The notes under the pieces were generated by a model that saw only the letters and a list, made by a program, of their open reading frames with translations, was not told where the DNA came from and did no database searches. A stretch of 62,677 bases of DNA, filler included, from Chiloscyllium plagiosum (Eukaryota), in NCBI RefSeq assembly GCF_004010195.1. It is 3 parts of one record of this genome, joined end to end, with 100 filler letters (N's around TTAATTAATTAA, not from the genome) between each part and the next. Parts side by side here need not be neighbours in the genome. Positions count along the whole stretch, not along the records: positions 17,267 to 42,477 come from NC_057714.1; positions 42,578 to 62,677 come from NC_057714.1; 1 more part is not named here. One strand, written 5' to 3'. Position numbers and translations under genes: made by a program. Below are positions 37,426-49,585 of this stretch, one piece after another. Each line of letters starts with the position of its first letter. Position 1 is the stretch's first letter.

Positions 37426-37688
37426 TGAGATGAGATTCCCTACAGTGTGGAAACAGGCCCTTTGGCCCAACAAGTCCACACCGAACCTCCAAAGAGTAAC
37501 CCACCCAGACACATGCCCCTCTGACTAATGCACCTAAGATTGTGGGCAATTAACATGGCCAATTCACCTGACCTTTGCATCTTTGAACTATGGGAGGAAA
37601 CCCATGCAGACACAGGGAGAATGTGTAAACTCCACACAGACAGTCCCCCGAGGCTGGAATCAAACCTAGGACTTTGGTGCTGTGAGGT
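37426..37688 (-). mobile_element. HE1 SINE
   Basis: Reverse HE1 tail and body. Confidence 0.88.
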
Positions 37689-38673
37689 AAACTAATTGAC
37701 TTGAGTGGTGCTACCCAACCTGAAACTATTTCTCTGTAGACAATGTGTTGCCAATGACTGCATTGATTTCAATCATTATGCATTTATAACCATATTATCA
37801 TTCAAAGCAGTTGAAGGCTAAGGTTAAAGGGCCCATGTTATCGCCTGGTTCTCTAGTTATCTACTTCAATGTATTATTGTGATAAACCCTTTATCTTGCT
37901 TGCACTGATTAAAAAAAACTTTCCAGCAAAATAGAATTGGCCCAAACATTTGCATTTTAGCACCCTCCCACTTTAGTACCAGGTCCTGATTTTAGATCAG
38001 TGAATCTGCAGGCCTTTAAGTGGAAAAGTTTACTTTCAACCCCTTTATGAGACCACCAGGATCAGAGGAAACAGGAACAGGGACTCTTAATTCTCTTAGA
38101 AGGACAAAAGGCACTTGTATACTTGGTGAAACAAGGTGTACCAGCAACTGAACTAAATCCTGAAGGAAAAGTCTGGGCTAAAGTTCATTTTTGGAAGTAG
38201 CTGACACTATACCACCCCTTTGCTTTGCTGTTACAAAACCAGTAAGCTGCACTAGAATCTTTAGAAGGTAGATGCCCCAGATGTACCATAAGTCACGCAT
38301 CTACCTGCCATTGCCTCGTATTGGGCAGGTGGGGGGGTATCAAATATCTTCAAGTTTGCAATGATTGAAGGTGACACATATCACACCACTTATTCCAGGA
38401 TATATCTACTGCAAAGTTTTGGTGTCCATACAATTTACCCATCCCTATTTCCAACCACTTCCAATAACTTTTCTCCCAACTCACTCCATCAGCTTCATGG
38501 ACATCTTCAGCCTTGGATATAAGAGGATCAATTTTACCTCTATTTCAGTAGATAGCTTTGAATGAATTAAAATCTCATCTGAACATTCTCCTACTTCACA
38601 GCCCAGTCTACCATGCTGAAAGCCAACCTGTGCAACAACAAGATTATATTACGCTTCTCCTCTCCCCTCAAAT

Positions 38674-38950
38674 AAGACCATAAGACCATAAGACATAGGA
38701 GTGGAAGTAAGGCCATTCGGCCCATCGAGTCCACTCCGCCATTCAATCATGGCTGATGCGCATTTCAGCTCCACTTACCAGCGTTCTCCCCGTAGCCCAT
38801 AATTCCTCTAGACAACAAGAATCTATCAATCTTGGCCTTGAAGACATTTAGCGTCCCGGCTTCAACTGCACTCCGTGGCAGTGAATTCCACAGGCCCACC
38901 ACTCTCTGGCTGAAGAAATGTCTCCGCATTTCTGTTCTGAAATGACCCCC
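38674..38950 (-). mobile_element. CR1-type LINE 3' end
   Basis: (agaccata)n tail followed by ggccattcggcccatcgag...gaattccacagg...ctgaagaaatg. Confidence 0.85.
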
Positions 38951-39199
38951 AAATGGAGAGCTGAAGGTGTTCCAAATCTCAAATAACTACTCAAATTATT
39001 GTTTTCAATTTCTGGGAAAGGAGTGAGTTTCTTTTCTGCCTATGGCAATGGATTGAATTATGAGTGAACAGGGAACTGAAACATGGGGAAGGTTCATAAG
39101 ATAATTGCAAGCTGATATCTCAGGCTCTTACTGAAGGAATAGGCAGATTTGAATTGGTATAGGAGGGCAGCTAAAGGGTGAGGTTTAGACTTTAGGGTT

Positions 39200-40380
39200 T
39201 TGTTTTATTCATCTATGGGATGAAGGCATTGCTGGGCCAGATATATTGCTCGTGACAGGTAAAAACAATAAATAGGGAGTGAGTTCAAGACACTGAAGGA
39301 ATGGCTATACATTTCTAAGTCTGGATGGTGGCAGCCTTGAATGGGAACTTGTAGGTGGCAGTGCTCTCATGTATCTGCTGCCTTTGTCCTTACAGATGGA
39401 AATGGTCAAGGAAGCTGTATCTGAGGAGCCCTGGTGAGAATTTCTATAGTGCATCTTGTAGATAGTAGCAGCAGCAGCAGCAGCAGCTGGTGGTGGAGGA
39501 AGTGGACATTTGTGAATCTGGTGCCAGTCAAACAGGCTGCTTTGTCCTGGATTATGTCAAGCCTCTTAAGTGCTGCTATCATCCAGACAAATGATAAGTA
39601 TTCGATCTCACAACTTACTTGTGCCTCAGATGGTAGACAAGCTTGGTAGACAGGTCAGGAGATGGGTTATTCACTGCAAAGTTCCTGTCCTCTGACCTTC
39701 TTTTGTAGTCATATTATTTACATGGCTAGTCTAGTTCAATTTCTGGTCTCTGGTAATCCTCAGGATGTTGTTAGTAGGAATTCATCAGTGATAATGCCAT
39801 TGAAAGTCAAAGGGTAATGGCTATATTATCTCTTGTTGGAGATGGCCATTGTGTGGCATGAATGCTATTTGCCTCTTGTCTGTCAAAACCTGAATATTGT
39901 CCAAGTCTTGCTATATTTAGGTATGGACTGTTTCAATAGTTGAGGAGTGGAGAATTGTGTTGGATATTGTGAAATCATCAGTGAACATCCCCACTGCTGA
40001 CCTTATAGAACATAGAACATAGAAGAATACAACGCATTTCAGGCCCTTTGCCCCTCGATGTTGCGCCAATCTTATGATGGAGGGAAGGTCATTAATGAAG
40101 CAGCTGATGGGTTTAGGACTCCACCCTTAGGAATTCCCTCAGAGATGTTCTGGAACTGAGATAACTGACCTCCAACAATTACAATCATCTTCCTCCCCAT
40201 CTACCTGTGCCAGGTATGACTCCGACCAGTAAGAGTTTTGCCTGAATTCCTGTTGACTATAATTTTGCTAGGGCTCCTTGATGCCATCCTCAGTCAATTG
40301 CAGCCTTGATGTCAAAAGCAGTCACACTCACTCCACCTCTTTAATTCATTTCTTTTGTCAATGATCGGACCAAGGTTGAG
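39200..40380 (-). mobile_element. Non-LTR retrotransposon (same family as 7915-8932), containing a short CAG run and a CR1-tail insert at ~40007-40068
   Basis: Collinear with 7915-8932. Confidence 0.8.
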
Positions 40381-41471
40381 ATCATCAGCTGAATCTACAT
40401 AGACCAAATAGAAGATAGCACACAGCCACCGACACATGGGAAACTTGAGATGGACAATGAATCATGCCCACATCCCATGAATAAATAATAAAAATCATCA
40501 TTTTAAGAACTAGACTTTACCCTCCAGCTGCCCTCCTATTCCAATTAAAAATCTGCTTACTTACTGCAGTACTAGGTTTAGTTTCTGATAGTCATGTGAA
40601 AAATAATGTATTAGTCATCAAATGACTCAACACAAACTCAAAATTTCCCTTTCATTGCTAGCTATTTCCATATGTCAGTAAATCAGAATTTAGAATGCAT
40701 GAATTTAATAACATCATTAAAAGCACAAAGACCGAGATTAGAATAGACTTGTTCTGCAAGGTTGTTACGGCATGGGTCAGAGTTTATTTAAAGGGTAAAT
40801 AAATATTTGAAAATTAAGTTTTTAAATGAGAAGTGGAACTAAATGGGTTGTTCTTTTTGAATAATTTAACAAGCACATATTTGTAAATGTACATGGGGGT
40901 AAGGTGTATCATGTTCAAATGAATACAAAATACAAGGCAGAAGATAAATGGATCGGGGCACACAGGATAAGATAGTAAACTGGAGGGAATTCTTAATGGG
41001 CAGTGGAAGGGGAGCTGTGTGACATCAGTAAGTGAAGTGGGTAATTCATTCACTTGCTTAATCTCAGTCATTTATACCCATAGACTCAACTTTAAATGGG
41101 AAAAAACAACTTTTCAGCAAGGACTAATGTAAAGCAAAATTTTATTTTTTTACCTGGAGATCCTGAATCCACATAGAGATTTTATATACAACAGAAGAAC
41201 TTCTCTATTAAACCAGCCGGAGATCTTTTTCTGTTGCAATGGTTTCCCCTCTCAGATCTAGACTAAAATTTTACAAGCTTCCACTGTCATAAAAGACCAC
41301 TTATTTACATGAATTGAAAAAACTCATTGCTTTTGGCCTCCACTGGGGAATATTTATCCTTTAATCTTATTTCCACAACATGACCTTCCATGTCCTGAGA
41401 TACCCTTTATGGGTTTTCGTAATGCTTATTGATTTTATAATTCATTCTAAAATAATTTCAATATTGGAATC

Positions 41472-42477
41472 ATTTGAAGGTATTAGGCAAGAACTTTCGA
41501 AAGCTGATTGGGGGCAGATGTTCACAGGTAAAGGGACGGCTGGAAAGTTGGAAGCCTTCAGAAATGAGATAACGAGAATCCAGAGAAAGTGTAGTCCTGT
41601 AAGGATGAAAGGAAAGGCTGGTAGGTATCGGGAATGCTGGATGACTAAAGACATTGAGGGGTTGGTTAAGAAAAAGAAAGAAGCATTTGTAAAGTATAAA
41701 CAGGATAGATTGAGTGAATCCTTAGAAGAGTATAAAGGCAGTAGGAGTATACTTAAGAGGGAAATTCGGAGGGCAAAAAGGGGACATGAAATAGCTTTGG
41801 CAAATAGAATTAAGGGGAATCCAAAGAGTTTTTTACAAATACATAAAGGAAAGAAGGGTAACAAGAGAGAGAATAGGGTCCCTCAAATTTCAACTAGGTG
41901 GCCTTTGTGTGGAGCCGCAGAAAATGGGAGAGATATTAAATGAGTATGTTGCATCAGTATTTACTGTGGAAAAGGATATGGAAGATATAGAATGTAGGGA
42001 AATAGATGGTGACATCTTGCAAAATGTCCATACTACATAGGAGGAAGTGCTGGAGATATTGAAATGCATAAAGATGGATAAATCCCCAGTACCTGATCAG
42101 GTGTACCCTAGAACACTGTGGAAAGTTAGAGTAGTGATTGCTGGGCCTCTTGCTGAGATATTTGTGTCATCGATAGTCACAGGTGAAGTGCCAGAATACT
42201 AGAGGTTGGCTAATGTGGTGCCACTGTTTAAGAAGGGTGGTAAGGACAAGCCAGGGAACTATAGACCAGTGAGCCTGAAGTTAGTGGTGGGCAAGTTGTT
42301 GGAGGGAATACTGAGGGATAGGATGTACATGTATTTGGAAAGGCAAGGACTTATTAGGGAGAGTCAACATGGCTTTGTGTGTCGGTAATCATGTCTCACA
42401 AACTTGATTGAGTTTTTTGAAGAAGTAAAAAAGAGGATTGATGAGGGCAGAGCAGTAGATGTGACCTATATGGACTT
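41472..42477 (+). mobile_element. CR1/HER1-type LINE ORF2 fragment ending at a gap
   Basis: ANVVPLFKKGGKDKPGNYRPVSL...ESQHGF. Confidence 0.95.
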
Positions 42478-42577
42478 NNNNNNNNNNNNNNNNNNNNNNN
42501 NNNNNNNNNNNNNNNNNNNNNTTAATTAATTAANNNNNNNNNNNNNNNNNNNNNNNNNNNNNNNNNNNNNNNNNNNN

Positions 42578-43293
42578 AGAGATCTGGGTGTTCTTGTACA
42601 CTAGTCAATGAAGGTAAGCATGCAGGTACAGCAGGTAGTGAAGAAGGCTAATAGCATGCTAGCCTTGCTAACAAGAGGGATTGAGTATAGAAGCAAATAG
42701 GTTCTTCTGCAGCTGTAGAGGGCCCTGGTGAGACCATACCTGGAGTACTGTGTGCAGTTCTGTTCTCCAAATTTGAGGAAAGACATTCTGGCTATTGAGG
42801 GAGTGCAGCGTAGGTTCACGAGGTCAATTCCTGGAATGGCAGGATTACCTTACACTGAAAGACTGAAGCGACTGGGCTTGTATACCCTTGAGTTTTGAAG
42901 ATTGAGAGGGGATCTGATTGAGACATATAAGATTATTAAAGGATTGGACACTCTGGCAGAAGGAAGCATGTTTCCGCTGATGGGTGAGTGCCGAACCAGA
43001 GGACACAGCCTAAAAATACGGGGGTAGACCATTTAGGACAGAGCTCAGGAGAAACTTCTTCACCCAGAGAGTGGTGGCTGTGTGGAATGCTCTGCCACAG
43101 GGGGCAGTGGAGGCCCACTCTCTGGATTCATTTAAGAAGGAGTTGGATAGAGCTCTCAAAGATAGTGGAATCAAGGGTTATGGAGATAAGGCAGGAACAG
43201 GATACTGATTGGGAATGATCAGTCATGATTATATTGAATGGCAGTGCAGGCTCGAAGGGCTGAATGGCCTACTCCTGCACCTATTGTCTATTG
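42578..43293 (+). mobile_element. CR1-type LINE 3' end (second subfamily)
   Basis: RT C-terminus with tail ggcctactcctgcacctattgtctattg. Confidence 0.92.
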
Positions 43294-44699
43294 TTGCTTA
43301 GGTTCACATTTCAAAGTATGTCATTCCTGTGTTTGCTGACCTACTTGCAGCCATTGTTTCATTTAAATATTGTATGGCAGTCAAACTTTGCATAGTAAGA
43401 TCCCAAATTTAGCACATAAGGTAAAGGAATAGTTAAACTTGGTTTTCCTTCATTGAGGAAGCATGTTAGCCCTGACACTTAGAACCTCCCTTTTATTGTG
43501 TGAAAAGCCGTATGTGATTTTTATAGTCCACTTCAACAGCTTTCACCACCCCATCTAAAAGGTAGTACTTGCAAAATTGCAACATTCCCTCATTGTATAG
43601 ACTGTCAGTCCAGTCCTGGAGGCTTGAGTCTGAAATATTCAAGCATCATTGATTGTGCTATTATTCAAATCAACTGTGAATATATTCTGATTTCTTGATA
43701 ATTGCTATTTTTTTGTTTCTGCATACTCTGAGGACTCAATAGTAATTGTTTCTATGATCCGAAGTTTCATACAAAGTATGAGTAAAAGCCCTATATTTCA
43801 AATAAATTGAATCCTTGGTTCTACTTGAACGTAGAGCACTATAGAGCGTACAGAAGAGAAACTGCAAATAATAAAAGACTATGCCCAGCATGCTCCTTGA
43901 TCTTCTATAAAAAGCTACTTTTTGCAAGCTAGTAGTTGTTGGAAATAATAGCTGTTGCCCCTAATTTTTTGAACAAAGATCTAAATAAATTGTTTTCCAT
44001 ATGTATTTGTGAACACTACTGAAGCCATTGTCACAATTGCAGTTGATCTTTTAAATGCATCTTTGTAATTCAAGAAATGACCCAGTAAGTATCTGATCTT
44101 ATGATTTCAGGTTCTCATTTTTGGTTATTTGGAGAATGGTGACACCTGCTGGTAGAATAGCAATGATAACGTGTCATGTCTTAATCAGTTTGGCTGGAAA
44201 CATTTGTCCTTTCTGTCTTGGCATGAATGAAATATTTTTGTAAGGCTCTAGGTATTCTTATGTTTTAGTTCTCAATAAACATTTGTATAGCAATTGTGTA
44301 GTAAAGTAGAATTGGCGAATTTGACAATATTAAAGGGTATTTTGGTACATTGCAACACTGCCAACTTTTCTGCAAGTTCTTTTTCTTTCTATATTTTTGA
44401 ACTTAAGTTTTGCAAATATTTATCCACTTACCTTTTATAGGTTGCTGTGGATTCTACTTCGTCTATTCCCCTGCAGAATGTTGCCACATTGATGTGAGAA
44501 AACCTATCTCATATCATTTCCTCTTGTTTATTCAATGATATATTTATTCAGGTACCAAATCACAGATCTGTGCGATGTTTCTTTTTGAATATCTTTGAAA
44601 CTTCTGATGGAAAGAGCTCTAGTTTTTCTAGTCTGACTTCACAGAAAAACTCCTTGTACCTGATGTCAATCCTCTATTTTCTGTCCCCCTTTAACTGGA

Positions 44700-47030
44700 T
44701 ACAAAGTTAAAAATCACACAGCACCATGTTATAGTCTAACAGATTTAATTGGAAGCACTAGCTTTTGGAGCGCTGCTCCTTCAGGTAGTTGTGGAGGACA
44801 CTATTATAAGACATAGAATTTATAGCAAAAGTTTACAGTGTGATGTAACTGAAATTATACATTAAAAATACATTGATTGTTTGTTGAGTCTCTCATCTAT
44901 TGGAATGATCATGATAGTTTCACTTTTTTCATTTGTAAATCACAAATCTTTTTTTAAAAGTTACATTCTCAGGTTAACTGTAACAATTGGTGTCAGCCAG
45001 ATAATATGTTGAAGGTGTTAACCCCCTGTGTGCCCTGTCTGTGCCATAATGGTTAGACTGATTCTAAAAGTGAGTTAACAGAGTCTTAAATGGATTCATG
45101 CAGTTTTTGAGCAAAGTACAATGTCACTCTGCAAGTTTAAATTCACCCCACAAACCTATGTGTGCATGTGGGGTTTTTTTGTGTGTGTGTCTCTCTCTCT
45201 ATCTGTCTGTTTGGGGTGGGGGGTTGTGAGTGTCTAAGAGAGAGAGTGTATATGTGTGTGTAAAGTGATCTAAGTCTGTGAGAGGATACATGTGCGGGAG
45301 TGTGTGTGTGTGTGTCTGTATGTGTGTAGTGCAATGGTGGTCACCTGTAGTGTGACATGAACCCAAGGTCCCGGTTGAGGCCCTTCCTATGGATACGGAA
45401 CTTAGCTATCAGCCTCTGCTCGACCACTTTTCGCTGCTGCCTGTCCCGAAGTCCGCCTTGGAGGATGGTCACCCAAAGGTCCTAGGTCGAATGTCCCGGA
45501 CTGCTGAAGTGTTCCCCAACTGGGAGGGAACCCTCCTGTCTGTTGATTCTTGTGTGGTGCCCATTCATCCGTTGCCGTAGCCTCTGCTCGGTTTCACCGA
45601 CATACCATGCCTCAGGGCATCCTTGCCTGCAGCGTATATGATAGACAACGTTGGCTGAGTCGCATGTGTACCTGCCACGTACATGATGGGAGGTGTCCCC
45701 AAGCGTAATGGTGGTGTCCATGTCCGCACTCCGACACGTCTTGCAGCGCCTACCATGACAGGGTTGTATGGAGTTGTCCTGAGGGCTGGGCAGCTTGCTA
45801 CGAACAATGATCTGTTTGAGGTTTGGCAGCTGTGGACACCACCATTCGACTTCGGACCTTCGGGTGACCATCTTCCAAGGCGGACTTCGGGACAGGCAGC
45901 AGTGAAACATGACTGAGCAGAGGCTGACAGCTAAGTTCCGTACCCATAGGGAGGGCCTCAACCGAGACCTTGGGTTCATGTCACACTACAAGTGACCACC
46001 ATTGCATTATATATACACACACACACACACGTGCTTGTATCCTCTCAGACCACCTTACACACACTCACTCACTCTCTCTCTCTCTCTCTCTCTCACACAC
46101 TCACACACATACACACCTCTCGCAGACACTCACAAACCCCCCACCCCAGACACACATGCACTCCTACAAACACACACACTCGCATGCATCCTCTCACAGA
46201 CTTAGACACTTTTTTTAGATTAGATTACTTACAGTTTGGAAACAGGCTCTTCGGCCCAAGAAGTCCACACCGATCCGCCCATTTGCCCCTTCACCTAACA
46301 CTACGCCTAACAATTAGCATGGCCAATTCACCTAACCTGCACATTTTTGGACTGTGGGAGGAAACCGGAGCATCACGCAGACACTGGGAGAATGTGCAAA
46401 CTCCACACAGGCGTGAATTGAACCCGGGTCTCTGGCACTGTGAGGCATCAGTGCTAACCACTGTGCCACCGTGCTGCCCATCACACTTACACGCACATAT
46501 ATACATTCTCTTTCTCACACTCTCAACCCCCCCAACCCAGACAGACACACAGACACACACATACGTTTGTGGGATGAATTTAAACTTGCAGAGTTATATT
46601 GTACTTGCTCAAAAACTGCATGAATCCATGTAAGACTCTGTTAACTCACTTTTTAGATTAGAATCAGGCTAAACATTATGGCACAGACAGGAAACACAGG
46701 GGGCTAACACCTTCAACATATTAGCTGGCTGACATCAATTGTTACAGTTAACCTGAGAATGTAACTTTAAAAAAAGTTTTGTGATTTACAAATGAAAGAA
46801 GTGAAACTATCATGATCTTTCCAATAGATGAGAGACTCAACAAACAATCAAGGTATTTTTCAATGTATAATTTCAGTTACATCACACTGTAAACTTTTGC
46901 TATAAATTCTATGTCTTATAATAGTGTCCTCCACAACTACCTGAAGGAGCGGCACTGTTGGGCTATAACCTGGTGTTGTGTGATTTTTAACTTTGTACAT
47001 CCCCGTTCAACACCGGCATCTCCAAATCAT
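44700..47030. mobile_element. Large palindromic Penelope-like element (family 2) with GIY-YIG region
   Basis: ORF 45482-45979 reads NVVYHIRCRQGCPEAWYVGETEQRLRQRMNGH...PVGEHFS. Long CA/GT-rich pLTR arms in inverted orientation. Confidence 0.92.
46216..46478 (-). mobile_element. HE1 SINE inserted in the right arm of the PLE
   Basis: (tagat)n tail at the left end and head ...ctaaccactgtgccaccgtgctgccc at the right end. Confidence 0.88.
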
Positions 47031-47699
47031 TTAACTGGGTGTGGTTTCTATGAGCTGAAAATGTCCTCTGTAGTCCTCACTTTCTCCTATGGTTTCTATG
47101 ACCCAACCAACAGTTTGAAGCACTTTGAATCCATCAAATTATTTTACATTTTTTTAGATAATTCAATGTAAGGCATTGATATGACCATTTCTGAGATACT
47201 GGGTGGAATTTAATTCAGACTGCTGGGGTGGGAACAATGCTGAGGGCAAAACTCTTGTGTATCAGAGGCCCAGTTACATGGGAAGCAGGGAGACCGTGAG
47301 GTGGTGCTGCCATACTCTTCTTGTGGGCAGGTAATTGAGATCATGGATTTAAATGTTGCTTCCCAAATATAATGAACGACGATCAGGGATTATGAGCTTT
47401 CAAATTCCTCGCCATTAAAAGATGTTACGACAGTAGAGGAGCGGTCATCCATTTTGCAGCTGCTTATTTGAGTGTGCAGACATTGTTCAAACGGAGGGAG
47501 AAGACAACTGCACACATGAAAGGGAGGTTAGTTCTGAAAGGCTGATGGAGAACAGATGGGGACACTGTGTTCCCAAGAGCAGCAATCCGTGAAGGACGTG
47601 TTATCCAAAGATAGATGCCCCTGAATGCTCAAATGGTGTGAGAAAGGGAGTCCCAGAGCCACCATTACCAGGACAACAGGACGAGCAAGTGGTGCAGCC

Positions 47700-48520
47700 T
47701 GCAGCTAAGCAGCTGCATGAGGGTTCCATCAGGAACAGCAACAGGAAATATCCCGAAGATGGTTTGGGTTGAGGGCCAAAGTATTAGACAAGACTATACC
47801 TCTCGAGGGAGTCCATCACTGATCTCTGCGTGATGCGTGGAATGGTCTGGTGCTCGATGCTCTGAAAATCACCACAGCCCTGAATCTTTATGCTTCAAGC
47901 TTTTTTCCAGTTAACCACCATGGCTCTGTAAGGGTTATCCCAGACAGCTGCATCCTGCAAAATAAGTGCAATGCCTGTAAAAGAGGAGTGGAAAGTTTAT
48001 GCAAATCCAAACTGATCCCGATAGTCAGGCTGAAAAGTCATTTAGCATTGAGCCAATTCAGGCTTCCTACGTGTGCAACCTGTAAGAGATTATACACATG
48101 ACCATCAAAGAGCCATCAGATCACTGCAAAACTTTGGTAAAGCAAGTGGTTCTACTCCCTAACTATCTGTGTGGTATGTCACCAGATGTATGTCCTGCAG
48201 GTGTACATCCATTTTCTGAAGAGGACTCACGATGGATATGTGCTCTCGCACTGCCAGCTTTCACAATTGTTTGAGCTCACTTGGATTCTTGGTGACAGAT
48301 GGAGATGGAGGGGCATATCATCTGGCTAATGATGCAGGGGAGGATGCTTCACCACTGAAGCTAAGGGAACATTAAAGTGCCTGCTATGGTCAAACAGGCA
48401 GTAGACTGATTGGATTCAGTTGCCTGAGCTATTTTGGAAGAGCTCTGAAGCATGATCTAGTGAGAGTTTATTGGAATAATTGTTGTCTACTGCACTTTTC
48501 ATAACTTAGTGTAACAGAAA
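47700..48520 (+). mobile_element. Degraded PIF/Harbinger transposase (HARBI1-like)
   Basis: Ordered motif remnants KITTALNLYASSFF (~KVTAALNFYASGSFQ), FYSLTICVVCH...THDGYVL (~GFHSLNVQ.VCD...GS.HD..IL), WILGD and IIVVYCTFHNL. Confidence 0.75.
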
Positions 48521-49344
48521 GCTGAGACCTTGCAGCCAGAAGATCTGGGGAGACTCACTTCTATTCTGACTTGGTGAAAATGGAGAAGGACCAACAACAA
48601 TAGCTGCCTGCAACAGAAGCCAGCGTGTCTCATACGTGGTAGGGAGGCTCGTGGCAATTTAATTCACAGCCAAGTCCAACAAAGCTCAGGTCATTGAGTT
48701 GACTATACACCATCAAGCGAGTCCTCCACAGCCTAGATATTATGTACCATTGTCCAGTGACTAGTTGCCCTCCACTGAGTACCCCAAACACAGATGGCCA
48801 GGTGCTGTTTTTACCTTACAAATAGGTAAATTAGTTCTGACCTCTATAACCTTTCAGATTCTAATAGTAAAAAAGAAGGAAAGACCGAATGTTGGAAACG
48901 TAGTAGCTAAGTTGCACTAGCAATTCTGGCAAACTGTAGTGTGATCAATTACTGATTAAATAGTGCAAGAATGAATGCACAAAGAAAATTAATGAAAATT
49001 AAGGAACCATTAACTGAATGCACATACCAGCCTGGTGGCACTTTCAAGTGTTTTAACTAAGTGTGACCATGAAATAGAAACTGGCTCCTGATGTCCATAC
49101 CCCATACACTGCAATCAGTTTGGCAATTGTCTTGTGGATGCCTGGGAACCCGAGGACCTTTGCACCACTTTGTGTTCTACGGCTGTTGCCACTGGAAATA
49201 TTCAGATCACAGGGTGAGCGGAAAATGGAGTGTCTGTGTATCCCAAGGCTTTGACAGGAGCCTCCAGATGCAGCAGGCTGAGATTCCTCCTCCCTCATGT
49301 TGTACACTGGCAGCACTTTTTGTCCTCAGAAGGGAGAAGTGGGT

Positions 49345-49585
49345 CAAAAGATGTTGTGCTCGAAAAGCGCAACCAGTCTGGCAACAGCAGAGGAGCAGGA
49401 GAATCGACGTTTCGAGCATAAGCTCTTCATCAGGAATCAGATACTTGCATGGACAATACATTCCTGATGAAAAGCTTATGCTCAAAACATCGATTCTCCT
49501 GCTCCTTGGATGCTGCCTGACCAGCTGTGCTTTTCCAGCACCACACTTTTTGACTCTCCAGCGTCTGCAGTCCTCACTTTCTCCA
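49345..49585. mobile_element. Inverted pair of PLE pLTRs (family 1) separated by ~22 bp
   Basis: 49350-49437 is the reverse complement of 49460-49550. Confidence 0.88.
49402..49437 (-). ncRNA. Minimal hammerhead ribozyme motif, intact core, on the CREB5 sense strand
   Basis: The minus strand reads auuc-CUGAUGA-A-GAGC-uuau-GCUC-GAA-ACGU-C-gauu. Confidence 0.7.

Noticed and set aside
39466..39488. (CAG)n run suggesting polyQ or polyS
   Set aside because: It lies inside a decayed LINE and is not coding.
41150..41260. Minus-strand donor-like CTCCAG|gtaaaa tested as the preceding CREB5 exon
   Set aside because: The translation does not match ERPFVCSAPGCSQ.
45992..46633. 213-aa ORF, the longest in the track
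   Set aside because: Read-through of CA/CT low-complexity pLTR sequence plus an antisense SINE.
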